Source: an uncultured Hyphomicrobiales bacterium (GTDB taxonomy: Bacteria > Bacteroidota > Ignavibacteria > Kapaibacteriales > UBA2268). From it: 64,000 nt of DNA. Shown here piece after piece: positions 10,448 to 20,356 of the stretch. How positions within the stretch are numbered: the stretch's first letter is position 1; each line of letters begins with the position of its first letter. The notes below the pieces were generated by a model. That model was given only the letters and a program-made list of their open reading frames with translations. It did no database searches and had not been told where the DNA came from. The position numbers were made by a program, and so were the translations under genes. The DNA is taken from assembly GCA_964581505.1 (NCBI GenBank), contig CAZOOR010000002.1, positions 19,700 to 83,699 of the forward strand, written 5' to 3'.

Positions 10448-10493
10448 TTAATTTGTATTTTGAAAAACGTCAAATAACAAAAAGAGTAATTTT

Positions 10494-11828
10494 ATGATAC
10501 CTGAATTCCCAAAAATACTTTTACCCGACATCAAGGGATTAGACAATATTGATACATATATAGCCAACGGCGGATTTGAAGCATTGAAAAAGGCATTATT
10601 TATGCCGCAGGAAGATGTTACAAATGAAGTCAAAAAATCCGGTTTGCGTGGACGTGGCGGTGCTTGTTTCCCGACAGGACTCAAATGGACGTTTATGCCA
10701 AAAGGAACGGACAAGCCTAAATATTTGGCTGTAAATGGTGATGAATCCGAACCCGGTTCGTTCAAGGATAGGCAAATATTCGAGTACAATCCTTTCCAAT
10801 TAATCGAAGGAATACTTATTGCCGGATATGCAATGGGATTGACTGCGGCTTATATATATATTCGCGGTGAATATCATAAATGGCTCAATTTGCTTGATAA
10901 AGCAATTGCTACTGCTTATGAACGCGGTTTTATCGGTGATAAAATGAAAGAGACACTTGGTACCGATTTCAAAATGGATATATATACACACAAGGGTGCC
11001 GGTGCTTATATTTGCGGTGAAGAAACAGCACTTATGAATTCAATAGAAGGTGTACGAGGTTATCCACGTATTAAGCCACCATTTCCTGCACAATTCGGAC
11101 TATGGGGTATGCCTACTACGGTAAATAATGTAGAAACTATATCTACTGTACCTGCTATTATAAGAATGGGTGGCGATGAGTATGCCAAAATCGGTGAACC
11201 TAAACATACGGGGACACTTCTTTTTGGAGTTAGTGGACACGTTAATAAACCCGGTGTCTATGAATTACCAACCGGTACTTTGCTTACGGATATTATTTAC
11301 GATGTATGCGGCGGTGTACCGGGCGATAAAAAGATTAAGGCTATAATTCCCGGTGGCTCTTCGATGCCTCCCCTACGCGGTGATGAAATTGAGGGTGTAA
11401 AAATGGACGAAGAATCACTCAAACCACTCGGCACACATATTGGTACGGGCGGTATAATGGTTATGGACGAAGACACGGATATTGTTAAAGTTGCTTTACG
11501 TATTTCACATTTCTATCATCACGAATCCTGCGGACAATGTACTCCATGCCGAGAAGGTACCGGGTGGATGGAAAAAATATTGAAGAGAATTGAGAAAGGT
11601 GATGCTACAAGTAAAGACCTTGACTTACTTGTTTCTGTAGCAAATAATATTGAAGGAAATACAGTCTGCGCTCTCGGCGATGCGGCGGCTTGGCCTATTC
11701 GTGGTTTTGTTACAAAATTCAGAGATGAGTTTGAGAAATATATTAAGGCTAAACGCACTTTCTCACCACCTAATATTGTTCACGGCAAAAGGAATTCGAC
11801 TGAAAGTCTCCTATCTACGGTTAATTAA
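10494..11828 (+). CDS. nuoF: NADH-quinone oxidoreductase subunit F (FMN/NADH-binding)
   Basis: GLRGRGGACFPTGLKW, NGDESEPGSFKDR, GAGAYICGEETAL, [4Fe-4S] motif HESCGQCTPCREG...CALG. Confidence 0.96.
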   Translation: MIPEFPKILLPDIKGLDNIDTYIANGGFEALKKALFMPQEDVTNEVKKSGLRGRGGACFPTGLKWTFMPKGTDKPKYLAVNGDESEPGSFKDRQIFEYNPFQLIEGILIAGYAMGLTAAYIYIRGEYHKWLNLLDKAIATAYERGFIGDKMKETLGTDFKMDIYTHKGAGAYICGEETALMNSIEGVRGYPRIKPPFPAQFGLWGMPTTVNNVETISTVPAIIRMGGDEYAKIGEPKHTGTLLFGVSGHVNKPGVYELPTGTLLTDIIYDVCGGVPGDKKIKAIIPGGSSMPPLRGDEIEGVKMDEESLKPLGTHIGTGGIMVMDEDTDIVKVALRISHFYHHESCGQCTPCREGTGWMEKILKRIEKGDATSKDLDLLVSVANNIEGNTVCALGDAAAWPIRGFVTKFRDEFEKYIKAKRTFSPPNIVHGKRNSTESLLSTVN

Positions 11829-11853
11829 TCAATTTGAGACTTTTATAAATATT

Positions 11854-11886
11854 AAAAAGACTGTCTTAAAAGGCAGTCTTTTTTTT
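11854..11886. terminator. Bidirectional terminator between convergent nuoF and radC
   Basis: AAAAAGACTGTC-TTAAAA-GGCAGTCTTTTT with flanking A and T runs. Confidence 0.75.
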
Positions 11887-11912
11887 ATTAAAATATCGAT
11901 TAATAGGCTCTT

Positions 11913-12605
11913 TTAAATTATTTCATTAGCTTTGAAACTGTAATGGCTGTTCCCGCCAATAATAATATGGTCTAATACAGGTATTTCAAGTAATATGCCG
12001 GTATCTACCATTTGCTTTGTCTTATTAATATCAGCAGTTGATGGTTGTATATTGCCGCTCGGGTGGTTATGCAAGAGAATAATTGCCGCCGCCATTTCAG
12101 AAATTGCTTCTTTGAAGACTTCACGAGGATGCACAACTGTCGAAAAAATACTACCTCGACTGATAAGAACATCTTTAATTATAATATTAGCAGTCGATAA
12201 TAATAGGACGTGAAATTCCTCTGTTTTCAAAGCACGCATTTTGGGAATATATATATCAGCAATGTCGTTAGAGGATTTTATTGTTTTATGCCTTTCAAAT
12301 TCAGGGGCGCCGGTTCTTCTGGCAATCTCGAAAACAGCGGCAAGAGTAATTGCTTTTGTCCTACCTATTCCTTTTATTTTTATTAAATCCGAAATATCCA
12401 GTCTCTCAATACCTGAGAACCTGCCGTATTTTTCTAGCAACAACATTCCCAGGTCTTTTGCAGTCATCTCTTTTGTGCCTGTACGAAGAATGATTGCCAA
12501 TAGTTCAGAATCTGAAAGACTGGAAGCACCGTGTTTTAACAGACGTTCACGTGGTCTATCGTCCGGTTGCCAATCTTTAATCGTTTTATTTCTCTTATAT
12601 TCCAT
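11913..12605 (-). CDS. radC: RadC family JAB-domain protein
   Basis: PRERLLKHGASSLSDSELLAIILRTG, HhH GIGRTKA, VHPREVFKEA, HNHPSG, PSTAD, LDHIIIG. Confidence 0.95.
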   Translation of the reverse strand: MEYKRNKTIKDWQPDDRPRERLLKHGASSLSDSELLAIILRTGTKEMTAKDLGMLLLEKYGRFSGIERLDISDLIKIKGIGRTKAITLAAVFEIARRTGAPEFERHKTIKSSNDIADIYIPKMRALKTEEFHVLLLSTANIIIKDVLISRGSIFSTVVHPREVFKEAISEMAAAIILLHNHPSGNIQPSTADINKTKQMVDTGILLEIPVLDHIIIGGNSHYSFKANEII

Positions 12606-12608
12606 TGC

Positions 12609-14744
12609 CTATATCGAAAGTTTCAAATCAATCTTACGTCTTTCAATATTGACATTAATAATTCTGACATTAATCCTGTCACCAAAGCGAAATACATTCT
12701 TTTTACTTCTACCGAGTAAACGGAAATTCTTTTCATCAAATAAATAATAATCATCAACGAGGTCGCGAATATGCAACAAACCCTCACCAAATATTTTATC
12801 CATTTTGACAAATAGACCGAATGATGTAACACCTGAAATTGTTCCTTCAAAATTTTCACCTACATATTTTTTAGCTAACATACAAGAAGCTAATTTTGCC
12901 GATGCTCTTTCGGCTTCCATAGAATTTCGTTCGGTCATTGATGTTTGTTCGGAAGCCGCCGCTACAAGTTCGGATAATTGTTCAATTCTTTTTTTATTGG
13001 GTTTATCCTTTGCGTATTCCTTTGTTAAGCGATGAACAATTAAGTCTGAATAACGGCGAATTGGTGATGTAAAATGAGAATAATTGGAAAATCCCAATCC
13101 ATAGTGTCCGATATTTTTCGGTGAATAGATGGCACGCGGCATAGCTCTGACAATCATACTGTGAACCAATGCTTTTTCGGGTCTATTTTCAAATTGAGCC
13201 AATAGTTTATTAATAGCTCTTGCTCCGCCACGCCTTGCATCGCCCTTATGCCCTAATTTCATAACAAATTCCAAAACAGATTGTAGTTTGTCTTTGTCCG
13301 GTTCGGCGTGTACACGGAATACAAAAGGCATATCGCCCTTAATACGATATTTCGCCGCTAATCGATATAAATTTTCTGCCACAGATTTATTAGCAACAAG
13401 CATACATTCCTCTACAAGTTCAGTGGCAAGAGTAGATGATTTTTCAAATGCCGATACAGGTGTTCCGTTTTCGTCAAGTTTAAAACGAATTTCGGCAGTT
13501 TCAAAATTGATGCCTCCCTCTTTCAATCTTTTTCTTCTGAGTGTCTGAGCCAGTTCGTTTAGCTGAAGAAGTAAATCGGATTTCGGACCATTTTTAGTCT
13601 GAATAATATTTAATACTTCTTCGTAAGTAAATCTTTTTGACGATTTGATAATAGTCTCTGCAACCTTGTACTTAATAATTTTACCTGCTTTTGTCAATTC
13701 CATAAAAACAGAAAATGCAAAGCGTACACGATTTGGTTTGAGCGAACAAATATCATTGGATAATTTCTCTGGTAGCATTGGTACGACTCTATCCACAAGA
13801 TAGGTGCTATTGCCTCGCAGGAATGCCTCCTCGTCTATTGGTGAGCGAGCAGTAACATAGTGGCTAACATCGGCAATATGCACACCAAGATAGTAGTTTC
13901 CATTATCAAGAATATCCAGAGAAAGTGCATCATCAAAATCTTTAGCATCTTTTGGGTCTATTGTAATTATTTCTTTATCCCGCAAATCAAGACGTTCTTT
14001 CAAAATAGTCGGAGTTACTTTTACCGACATATTTTTAGCCAGCTTTTCAAGGGAATGGTGGAATGATTCGGGCAAAGAAAATTCCGGTAAAATTGAATCG
14101 AACTCTACCTTTGCCTGACCGGACGAACCGACAATGCTCAATATTTCCGCTTCCGGACTTTTAGTTGGATTTGTCCAACGCAAGAAACGGGCAGTAACTT
14201 TATCACCATCATTAGCATTGTTGAGTTTTGCTTTTGGAATTAGAAAATCCACATAGTATTTCACATCGTCCGGAACAAGAAACCAGAAATAGCCATCATG
14301 TTCAATTGTACCTACGATATTCTTTTTCGAGCGTTTGACAACTTTTACTACTTCGCCCCTATTCTTTTTCCCTTTCTTTTTAGCAAGTACTACAACGACT
14401 ACTGTATCGCCATCTAAAGCAGTGTTCAAATTTTTCTGCTTAATAATGATTTTTTCTTTTCTTACATTATCAAAAATCATTCCTCGATTGCTCTGAATTT
14501 TGATAACACCTGTCAATGTCGGTGCATAGTATCCATAAGAAAATTCTTTATTTAATGAATATTTACGTTTGGATTGCTTGACAAGTTTGTTGTCTTCGAC
14601 CAATTTCTGCAAAATATATTTCAAAAAATCATAATCATCTGATTCGGATTTTATTTTGAGTTTTTTTGCGATTTCGTTTAATTTCATACCGTCTTCATTA
14701 CGTGACAGTATGTCAATAATTTTGTTTATTATTTTTTGCTCCAT
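12609..14744 (-). CDS. rnr: Ribonuclease R
   Basis: N-terminal HTH, cold-shock domains, TIDPKDAKDFDDALS, HFTSPIRRYSDLIVHR, C-terminal S1 domain. Confidence 0.96.
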   Translation of the reverse strand: MEQKIINKIIDILSRNEDGMKLNEIAKKLKIKSESDDYDFLKYILQKLVEDNKLVKQSKRKYSLNKEFSYGYYAPTLTGVIKIQSNRGMIFDNVRKEKIIIKQKNLNTALDGDTVVVVVLAKKKGKKNRGEVVKVVKRSKKNIVGTIEHDGYFWFLVPDDVKYYVDFLIPKAKLNNANDGDKVTARFLRWTNPTKSPEAEILSIVGSSGQAKVEFDSILPEFSLPESFHHSLEKLAKNMSVKVTPTILKERLDLRDKEIITIDPKDAKDFDDALSLDILDNGNYYLGVHIADVSHYVTARSPIDEEAFLRGNSTYLVDRVVPMLPEKLSNDICSLKPNRVRFAFSVFMELTKAGKIIKYKVAETIIKSSKRFTYEEVLNIIQTKNGPKSDLLLQLNELAQTLRRKRLKEGGINFETAEIRFKLDENGTPVSAFEKSSTLATELVEECMLVANKSVAENLYRLAAKYRIKGDMPFVFRVHAEPDKDKLQSVLEFVMKLGHKGDARRGGARAINKLLAQFENRPEKALVHSMIVRAMPRAIYSPKNIGHYGLGFSNYSHFTSPIRRYSDLIVHRLTKEYAKDKPNKKRIEQLSELVAAASEQTSMTERNSMEAERASAKLASCMLAKKYVGENFEGTISGVTSFGLFVKMDKIFGEGLLHIRDLVDDYYLFDEKNFRLLGRSKKNVFRFGDRINVRIINVNIERRKIDLKLSI

Positions 14745-15335
14745 TATATCCTCTAATTAATTATCTACAAATTTAATTAAACAATTCAAGCGAAAAAAAT
14801 ATTTTAATTAAAGAAGCATTAATAATTAATCAAAATGGATAGGAATTTAACATTATGGTTAGTTGAAAAAATACAAATAAATGACAAGATGTAGCATAAA
14901 TTAAAATGTAAATTGATATTTATTAAAACAGATTTATTCAATAGGAAGAAATACAATTGATTTTTTGTATTGATAAAAATATTCTGTAATTTAGTTTGAA
15001 GCACAGTTTTTAGGCTTAATGAATTAAAAAATATATATAGTGTTTTATAAATTTTTAAGGTAATAGTATGACTGACTATTATACTCCAAATTTTTTATAT
15101 CTAATTAATGTTTCAATACCCAATGACTAAAATCTAATTAATTAGTAAAACACGGCGTGCGAAAATACGAATACGACAAAAGGAAAAACAAAACCCCGCC
15201 AAAATTTAGGAGGGGAAAGAGAGGCGAAGAGGCAATGAATGTGTGAATTAAGATTAAATTTGCAAAGGTGTAGGATAAAAGTATGAAAATGAATAGAATT
15301 GTTGAATTAAATCCAGAAAACAAAGGAGGGAATAA

Positions 15336-15770
15336 ATGAAATTGCTTTTAATCATTATTGTTTTTATTATCTTTTCTTTTTCTGCAACAAATGCACAGAC
15401 TTATGTTTTAAATGGTGGTTCTTCAAATATAGAAATTGATGTTGATACAAATAAAATATATCCTTTTTATATGTTAGATAAAGAACCAATATTTATTGGT
15501 GGTAAAGATTCTCTGCAAAGATTTATTGAAAAGAATTTCAAATTAACAAGAAAACAAATGGAATATGAAGGTATTTTATGTGTTTGTTTTACCTTAAGTA
15601 GGTTTGGTGAGGTGATAGACTACTATATCCCTGGTGAAACTGAAACATATCTTTTTACACCAATTATAAATAATCTTGTAAAAAAGTTTCCCAAATGGAG
15701 TGCTGGCGAAATAGATGGAATTGCGGTTAAATCAATAATATGTATTCCGTTCTTTATTCGTTTTAAATAA
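15336..15770 (+). CDS. Secreted protein with TonB C-terminal-like domain
   Basis: Signal peptide; PIFIGGKDSLQRFI...FPKWSAGEIDGIAVKSIICIPFFIR resembles the Bacteroidota TonB_C pattern (P.FPGG...W.PG...G..V......P..F); strong AAGGAGG SD. Confidence 0.6.
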   Translation: MKLLLIIIVFIIFSFSATNAQTYVLNGGSSNIEIDVDTNKIYPFYMLDKEPIFIGGKDSLQRFIEKNFKLTRKQMEYEGILCVCFTLSRFGEVIDYYIPGETETYLFTPIINNLVKKFPKWSAGEIDGIAVKSIICIPFFIRFK

Positions 15771-15872
15771 AAATTTATCAGGTGTAATAAATATAATATT
15801 ATTTCTAAATATCACAAGCACCGCTCTGCTCTTCGAGAAATACGCTGGGTGGACACCATAACGCAGAGCGTA

Positions 15873-15904
15873 ATGTCTTTCGCCTTTCAGTTCCCCTCTC
15901 GCAG
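15873..15904 (-). repeat. Truncated copy of the palindromic repeat found at 48296-48331
   Basis: Reverse complement CTGCGAGAGGGGAACTGAAAGGCGAAAGACAT aligns 28/32 (first 14 nt identical) with 48301-48331. Confidence 0.7.
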
Positions 15905-15990
15905 TATCTTATACTAAAATAAGTTGACAGTCAATAAAAAAAACATAGCCAAATCAAATAAATCTCGGTTCTCATAATTGATTATATAAA

Positions 15991-16758
15991 TCACTTATCT
16001 TGCTTAAGAATATGCCATGCTTTTACGTATTTAAGGCGAGTATAGTCATAAGCATATTTTGCTATGATAATCCCTCTAATACCGTCTTTATATCCATCTT
16101 TTGAGAAATACCACTTAATGAAAGCCGCAATCGGATTTATTAATATTTTAACAAAATTAATTTGTTTCTTTTTAATTATTAAATCCTGTGCGGCGATTGT
16201 AGTATAGTCTTCTAATTTTTTGTTCAATTCACCTCTTGTTTCAAAAGTATAATGCTCAATCCTACCATTAATTCTACCTATTGTAGAATATCCCGTTTGC
16301 GTTTCATGAATTAATTGCGAATCCTTAAACGAAGCAACATTTTTATTATAGAGTCGGATTGGATTGTCCGGTGAACTAACCGGATATATGCAATGTACGG
16401 TTTTACCTAACACCTTCCAATTACGAGTAACTCTATAAACATCAAACAATCGAGCACTATTTTTTATATTATGTATTGATTTGATAAAACTACTATCAGG
16501 TATCTCGTCCGAGTCTAAAAACAAGACCATACTATTTGCACATTCACTTTCGGCAAATATTCTCTGGTCTCTAAAATTCTCGAACTTATGAAAAATGAAC
16601 CGTACATTCGGATAGTTCCGAGAGATTTTTTCAGTATTATCTATACTCCCGCTATCAATTACTAAAACTTCATCTGCAACCGATGTAAGTGCATCAAGTA
16701 TTCGTGATAAATACTTTTCACTATTATGTGTTAATATGTACGCTGATATTCTATTCAT
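15991..16758 (-). CDS. Glycosyltransferase family 2 (KdtX/LgtF-like LPS core glucosyltransferase)
   Basis: ILTHNSE, VIDSGSIDNT, LFLDSDE (DxD), FFKWY...GYKDGIRG-type C-terminus. Confidence 0.88.
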   Translation of the reverse strand: MNRISAYILTHNSEKYLSRILDALTSVADEVLVIDSGSIDNTEKISRNYPNVRFIFHKFENFRDQRIFAESECANSMVLFLDSDEIPDSSFIKSIHNIKNSARLFDVYRVTRNWKVLGKTVHCIYPVSSPDNPIRLYNKNVASFKDSQLIHETQTGYSTIGRINGRIEHYTFETRGELNKKLEDYTTIAAQDLIIKKKQINFVKILINPIAAFIKWYFSKDGYKDGIRGIIIAKYAYDYTRLKYVKAWHILKQDK

Positions 16759-16841
16759 AATTTAATATTTGCTATACACCAAAATAATAAACATTGATTT
16801 ATATATCTATTTGACGATTAATACATTGAATATTATTAAAT

Positions 16842-16875
16842 AAAAAAGAGAGGCTGTCCGTTTGAGACAGCCTCT
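16842..16875 (-). terminator. Rho-independent terminator after the peptidase gene
   Basis: AGAGGCTGTC (16849-16858)/GACAGCCTCT (16866-16875) perfect 10-bp stem preceded by A-run on + strand. Confidence 0.75.
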
Positions 16876-16906
16876 GAAACATTATCCAAAATGCAGCTAA
16901 ACGGTT

Positions 16907-18631
16907 TTAATTAACAAACTGCTTTGCGTAATACTTTGGTGTAAGTTTTTCACCGGTAGCTTTTTCAATCATATCGTCCCAATAATAGCGGTTAGCCGGA
17001 GCAAAGACCTTTTCAATAAGGAATTTGCCGACTTCGGGATTATTGGTGAAACTTGCGGCATCAGGATTATCCGTTTTAAGAACTTTATCTGTAATCGTAT
17101 AATATAACTGAGAAGCCAGTAGCTCGCCGAGTAAATAGTTGTGATAGTAGCAAGGACTTGTGGCAATATGAATCTTGGTAGCCCAATCCGGCATATTGCG
17201 TTCTTCCGGTTTTTTGAGCATTTGATATTTTTCTACCAAATCCCACCATAGCTTATTCAAATCTTGGTCAGGATTTTCGTACATACCTTTTTCGAAGCGA
17301 TACATAACCTGCGCCCAACGGCTGAAAACAAGCTGTTGTAAGCGAAGAGTATTGCGGCACGCATTAGTTATTTTTTTCGCTTCTTCCTTATCTAATCCGA
17401 TATTGTCCATCATCCACTCGGGCTTGGAGCCAAATCGACCGAACATCATAGCAATGGCTTCAGTAGTGAATGTGTGTGCAGGAACTTTCAATTCCCAAGG
17501 TAAATTCTTATCCACATAGAATTGATAGACGGCATGACCAAATTCATGAAGCATAGTTTCCATCCAGCCTTCGGTAGGCTCTATATTGCAAAGTACTCTT
17601 ATGTCATTTTTGTTGCGGTCAATATCAATGCAATATGCGTGCTGGTTTTTATTATCTCTCGGATATAGGTCGCTTTTTGCAACCATTTCATCAATCGGCA
17701 TATTTAGACTGTTATAATATTTTTTTCCGATTTCTTCAATATTTACTTTTTCATAATAACCGTCCAAATCGACATCATAAACTTTAGGTGCTTCTTGGAA
17801 ATATCTGTTTTGATAGTGCCAAGGCATCATATCATTTACTTTGACACCGTATTGCTTTGCAAGTATTTCATCCATCTTTTCTTTTTCCGCCGCAAAAGCA
17901 TCGCGAGTCAAATCATCAAGTTTATCAAAAAGCTTGCTGATTTCCTCAGGGTCTTGGTCGCTTAATTTTAGGGACATTTCGTGATAGTTGTTATAACCGA
18001 GTTCTTTTGCAACTTCGTTTCTCAATTTAACCAAAGCAATTAAATCATCTGCTACAAGAGGTCCTATTGATTTATGAGCTTCCCAGACAGCTTGCAATTT
18101 CTTGGAATTCTTTTCTGTTTTTAATATTTTCTCAACGTCGTTGTCCGAAAGTTTTTCACCGGCTACTTCTGCACGGAACTTAGAATATTTATTCTCGATT
18201 TTGCTCTGCATTAGTGTTAATTGATTAAGCTTTGCGGTATCAATCTGTTTGCCAAGATATGAAAGATAAAGTACATAAGCGTGTCTTTTATCTACAGGAT
18301 TTTGAAGAAGACCGGATTTATATATTTTTTCAATTTTTGCAAAGTCTTCTTTATTAGATAATATTTTGTTCATTATCATTTCTGCCTGTGCAGACTTATT
18401 CCAATTTTCCTCATTGCTATTAAGCGATGCGTCCCAATATGCAATAGCCATATTATGATATGCGGCAGGCATCTTGGCTTCGTAGTTCTTAACGAAGTCT
18501 TTGAATTCCTGTTCCATTTTTTGTATTTCCTCCGTGTTTGGTTCTGTTTTCTCTCCACCACAAGCAGTAATAAATACTATGGCAAGAGCAATAATCAATG
18601 TAATTGACATAATTTTTGTAAAATTTTTCAT
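16907..18631 (-). CDS. Lipoprotein zinc metallopeptidase, M2/M3-like family
   Basis: Lipobox ITAC; HEFGH (HExxH) zinc motif; TTEAIAM third ligand; KIHIATSPCYYHNYLLGE. Confidence 0.85.
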   Translation of the reverse strand: MKNFTKIMSITLIIALAIVFITACGGEKTEPNTEEIQKMEQEFKDFVKNYEAKMPAAYHNMAIAYWDASLNSNEENWNKSAQAEMIMNKILSNKEDFAKIEKIYKSGLLQNPVDKRHAYVLYLSYLGKQIDTAKLNQLTLMQSKIENKYSKFRAEVAGEKLSDNDVEKILKTEKNSKKLQAVWEAHKSIGPLVADDLIALVKLRNEVAKELGYNNYHEMSLKLSDQDPEEISKLFDKLDDLTRDAFAAEKEKMDEILAKQYGVKVNDMMPWHYQNRYFQEAPKVYDVDLDGYYEKVNIEEIGKKYYNSLNMPIDEMVAKSDLYPRDNKNQHAYCIDIDRNKNDIRVLCNIEPTEGWMETMLHEFGHAVYQFYVDKNLPWELKVPAHTFTTEAIAMMFGRFGSKPEWMMDNIGLDKEEAKKITNACRNTLRLQQLVFSRWAQVMYRFEKGMYENPDQDLNKLWWDLVEKYQMLKKPEERNMPDWATKIHIATSPCYYHNYLLGELLASQLYYTITDKVLKTDNPDAASFTNNPEVGKFLIEKVFAPANRYYWDDMIEKATGEKLTPKYYAKQFVN

Positions 18632-18715
18632 ATCACTTATTCAAAAATTGTTTAACATAAAATTTAAGTTCAGCAAATTACAAAAGTTTTTTAATTAAAT
18701 ATACTTTCCACGAAC

Positions 18716-18750
18716 AAAAAAACACCGAACTAAGAAATTTGTCGGTGTTT
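18716..18750 (-). terminator. Terminator after porX-like gene
   Basis: AAACACCGA (18720-18728)/TCGGTGTTT (18742-18750) stem with A-run. Confidence 0.6.
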
Positions 18751-18784
18751 AAAAAGTGGGAATAATGTATGATAAATTATTAAT

Positions 18785-20356
18785 TTATCTGACTGTCATC
18801 TCAATGACTGGAACTATCATCTCTTCGAGTGATATACCGCCATGCTGAAAAGAATCCTTATATTTTTGTAAATAATGGTGATAGTCAGTGGGATATACAA
18901 AATAGTAATCCTCTTTGGCAATAATATTATTTATAGTCAGTCCCAATTTCGGAATTCTCAAATCTCCCGGCTCCTTAACTTGCATAGCGTGTTTTGAATC
19001 TGCTTTGACATTCTTACCGAATTTATATCTCAAATTGGTCGATGTATCACGGTCGCCGAGTACTTTTACGCCTCTCATACATCTGATAGAACCATGGTCG
19101 GTTGTTAATATTACTTTTGCATTTTTGTTTGTTGCAATAGTTTTTAATATGCCGAATAGTGCGGAATGCTCGAACCATGTTTTAGTAAGTGAACGATAAG
19201 CCGGTTCATCAGGAGCAATTTCTTTTAAAATTGCAAAATCCGAACGTGAATGCGCAATCATATCAACAGCATTGATTACAATAGCAGTCAGATGATTGTT
19301 CAAATATCTCGGAGCTTCGTTCTCAATCTTTCGCCCGAAATCCGTATCATGAATTTTAATATATTTCAATTCGTTTTTCAGATTAATACGCTTGCGTTTT
19401 AATTGCTCTTCGAGCAATTCTTTTTCATAAGCATTCAGTTTATATTCTTCTGTATTTAGTTCGTCAACCCAATAGTTAGGATAATACTTCTGAATATCAT
19501 CGGGAAAAAGCCCTGCAAATATTGCATTCCTTGCATAAGGTGTAGCTGTCGGCAAAATTGCACTGTAGAAATCTTTCTTAAAAGTAAAATATGACTGCAA
19601 TAATTCCTCGAATACAAGCCATTGGTCATAACGCATACAGTCCACAACAATGAAGAAGACCGGAAAACCGGAATCCAAATGTGGTATTAGATATTTGCCG
19701 ACAACATCGGGAGAAAATAGGGGGGTAAACTCATCTTTCTTTTCGTGTACCCACTCCACGTAATTATCTTCAATAAATCTGCTGAAAACATTATTACTCT
19801 CGTGCCATAAGTCTTGAAGTGTTTGGGCAAGTCCTGAATCAGGATATTTGTCTAATTCAATGGAACCTGTAACTAATTTTTGGTAAATTTCCAGCCAATC
19901 CTCCCAAAGCAGTCCCATATTTAGTCGGCTTTCAATCCAAGTAAAATCTTGCAGAAAACTCTGCATAGCCCTATTTTTTTGCAATTCTTTTGTTTGAAGA
20001 AATTTTTTGCAGACGAGCAAAATTTGAGCTGGATTGACAGGCTTTGTCAGATAGTCGTCAATCTTTTTACCGATTGCATCTTCCATTACTGTTTCGGCTT
20101 CATTCTTTGTTACCATTACAACCGGAGTAGCTGGATTGATTTCCTTTAATACCGGCAAAGTATCCAGACCGGAAATTCCGACCATTGATTCGTCAAGAAA
20201 AACGAGGTCATAGAGATTATCCTTAAATAATTCGATAGCATCTTCACCGTTCGAGGCGGTTGCTACATCATAGTTTCGCTGTTCAAGTAATATTATGTGC
20301 GGACGCAGTAGCTCTATCTCGTCATCTACCCATAGAATTTTAGCTTTTGTATTCAT
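18785..20356 (-). CDS. porX: PorX-like response regulator with PglZ (alkaline phosphatase superfamily) domain
   Basis: REC domain (WVDDEI, VFLDESM, VTKNE, YLTKPVNP) fused to VVDCMRYDQW, ILPTATPYARNAIFAG, TTDHG, FQHGGISLEEMIVP. Confidence 0.88.
   Translation of the reverse strand: MNTKAKILWVDDEIELLRPHIILLEQRNYDVATASNGEDAIELFKDNLYDLVFLDESMVGISGLDTLPVLKEINPATPVVMVTKNEAETVMEDAIGKKIDDYLTKPVNPAQILLVCKKFLQTKELQKNRAMQSFLQDFTWIESRLNMGLLWEDWLEIYQKLVTGSIELDKYPDSGLAQTLQDLWHESNNVFSRFIEDNYVEWVHEKKDEFTPLFSPDVVGKYLIPHLDSGFPVFFIVVDCMRYDQWLVFEELLQSYFTFKKDFYSAILPTATPYARNAIFAGLFPDDIQKYYPNYWVDELNTEEYKLNAYEKELLEEQLKRKRINLKNELKYIKIHDTDFGRKIENEAPRYLNNHLTAIVINAVDMIAHSRSDFAILKEIAPDEPAYRSLTKTWFEHSALFGILKTIATNKNAKVILTTDHGSIRCMRGVKVLGDRDTSTNLRYKFGKNVKADSKHAMQVKEPGDLRIPKLGLTINNIIAKEDYYFVYPTDYHHYLQKYKDSFQHGGISLEEMIVPVIEMTVR

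Noticed and set aside
15150-15246. Purine-rich frame KHGVRKYEYDKRKNKTPPKFRRGKRGEEAMNV as a toxin/RHS C-terminal remnant
   Set aside because: A stop lies just upstream, it is only about 33 codons, and no family motif can be recognised; not supportable without a search.
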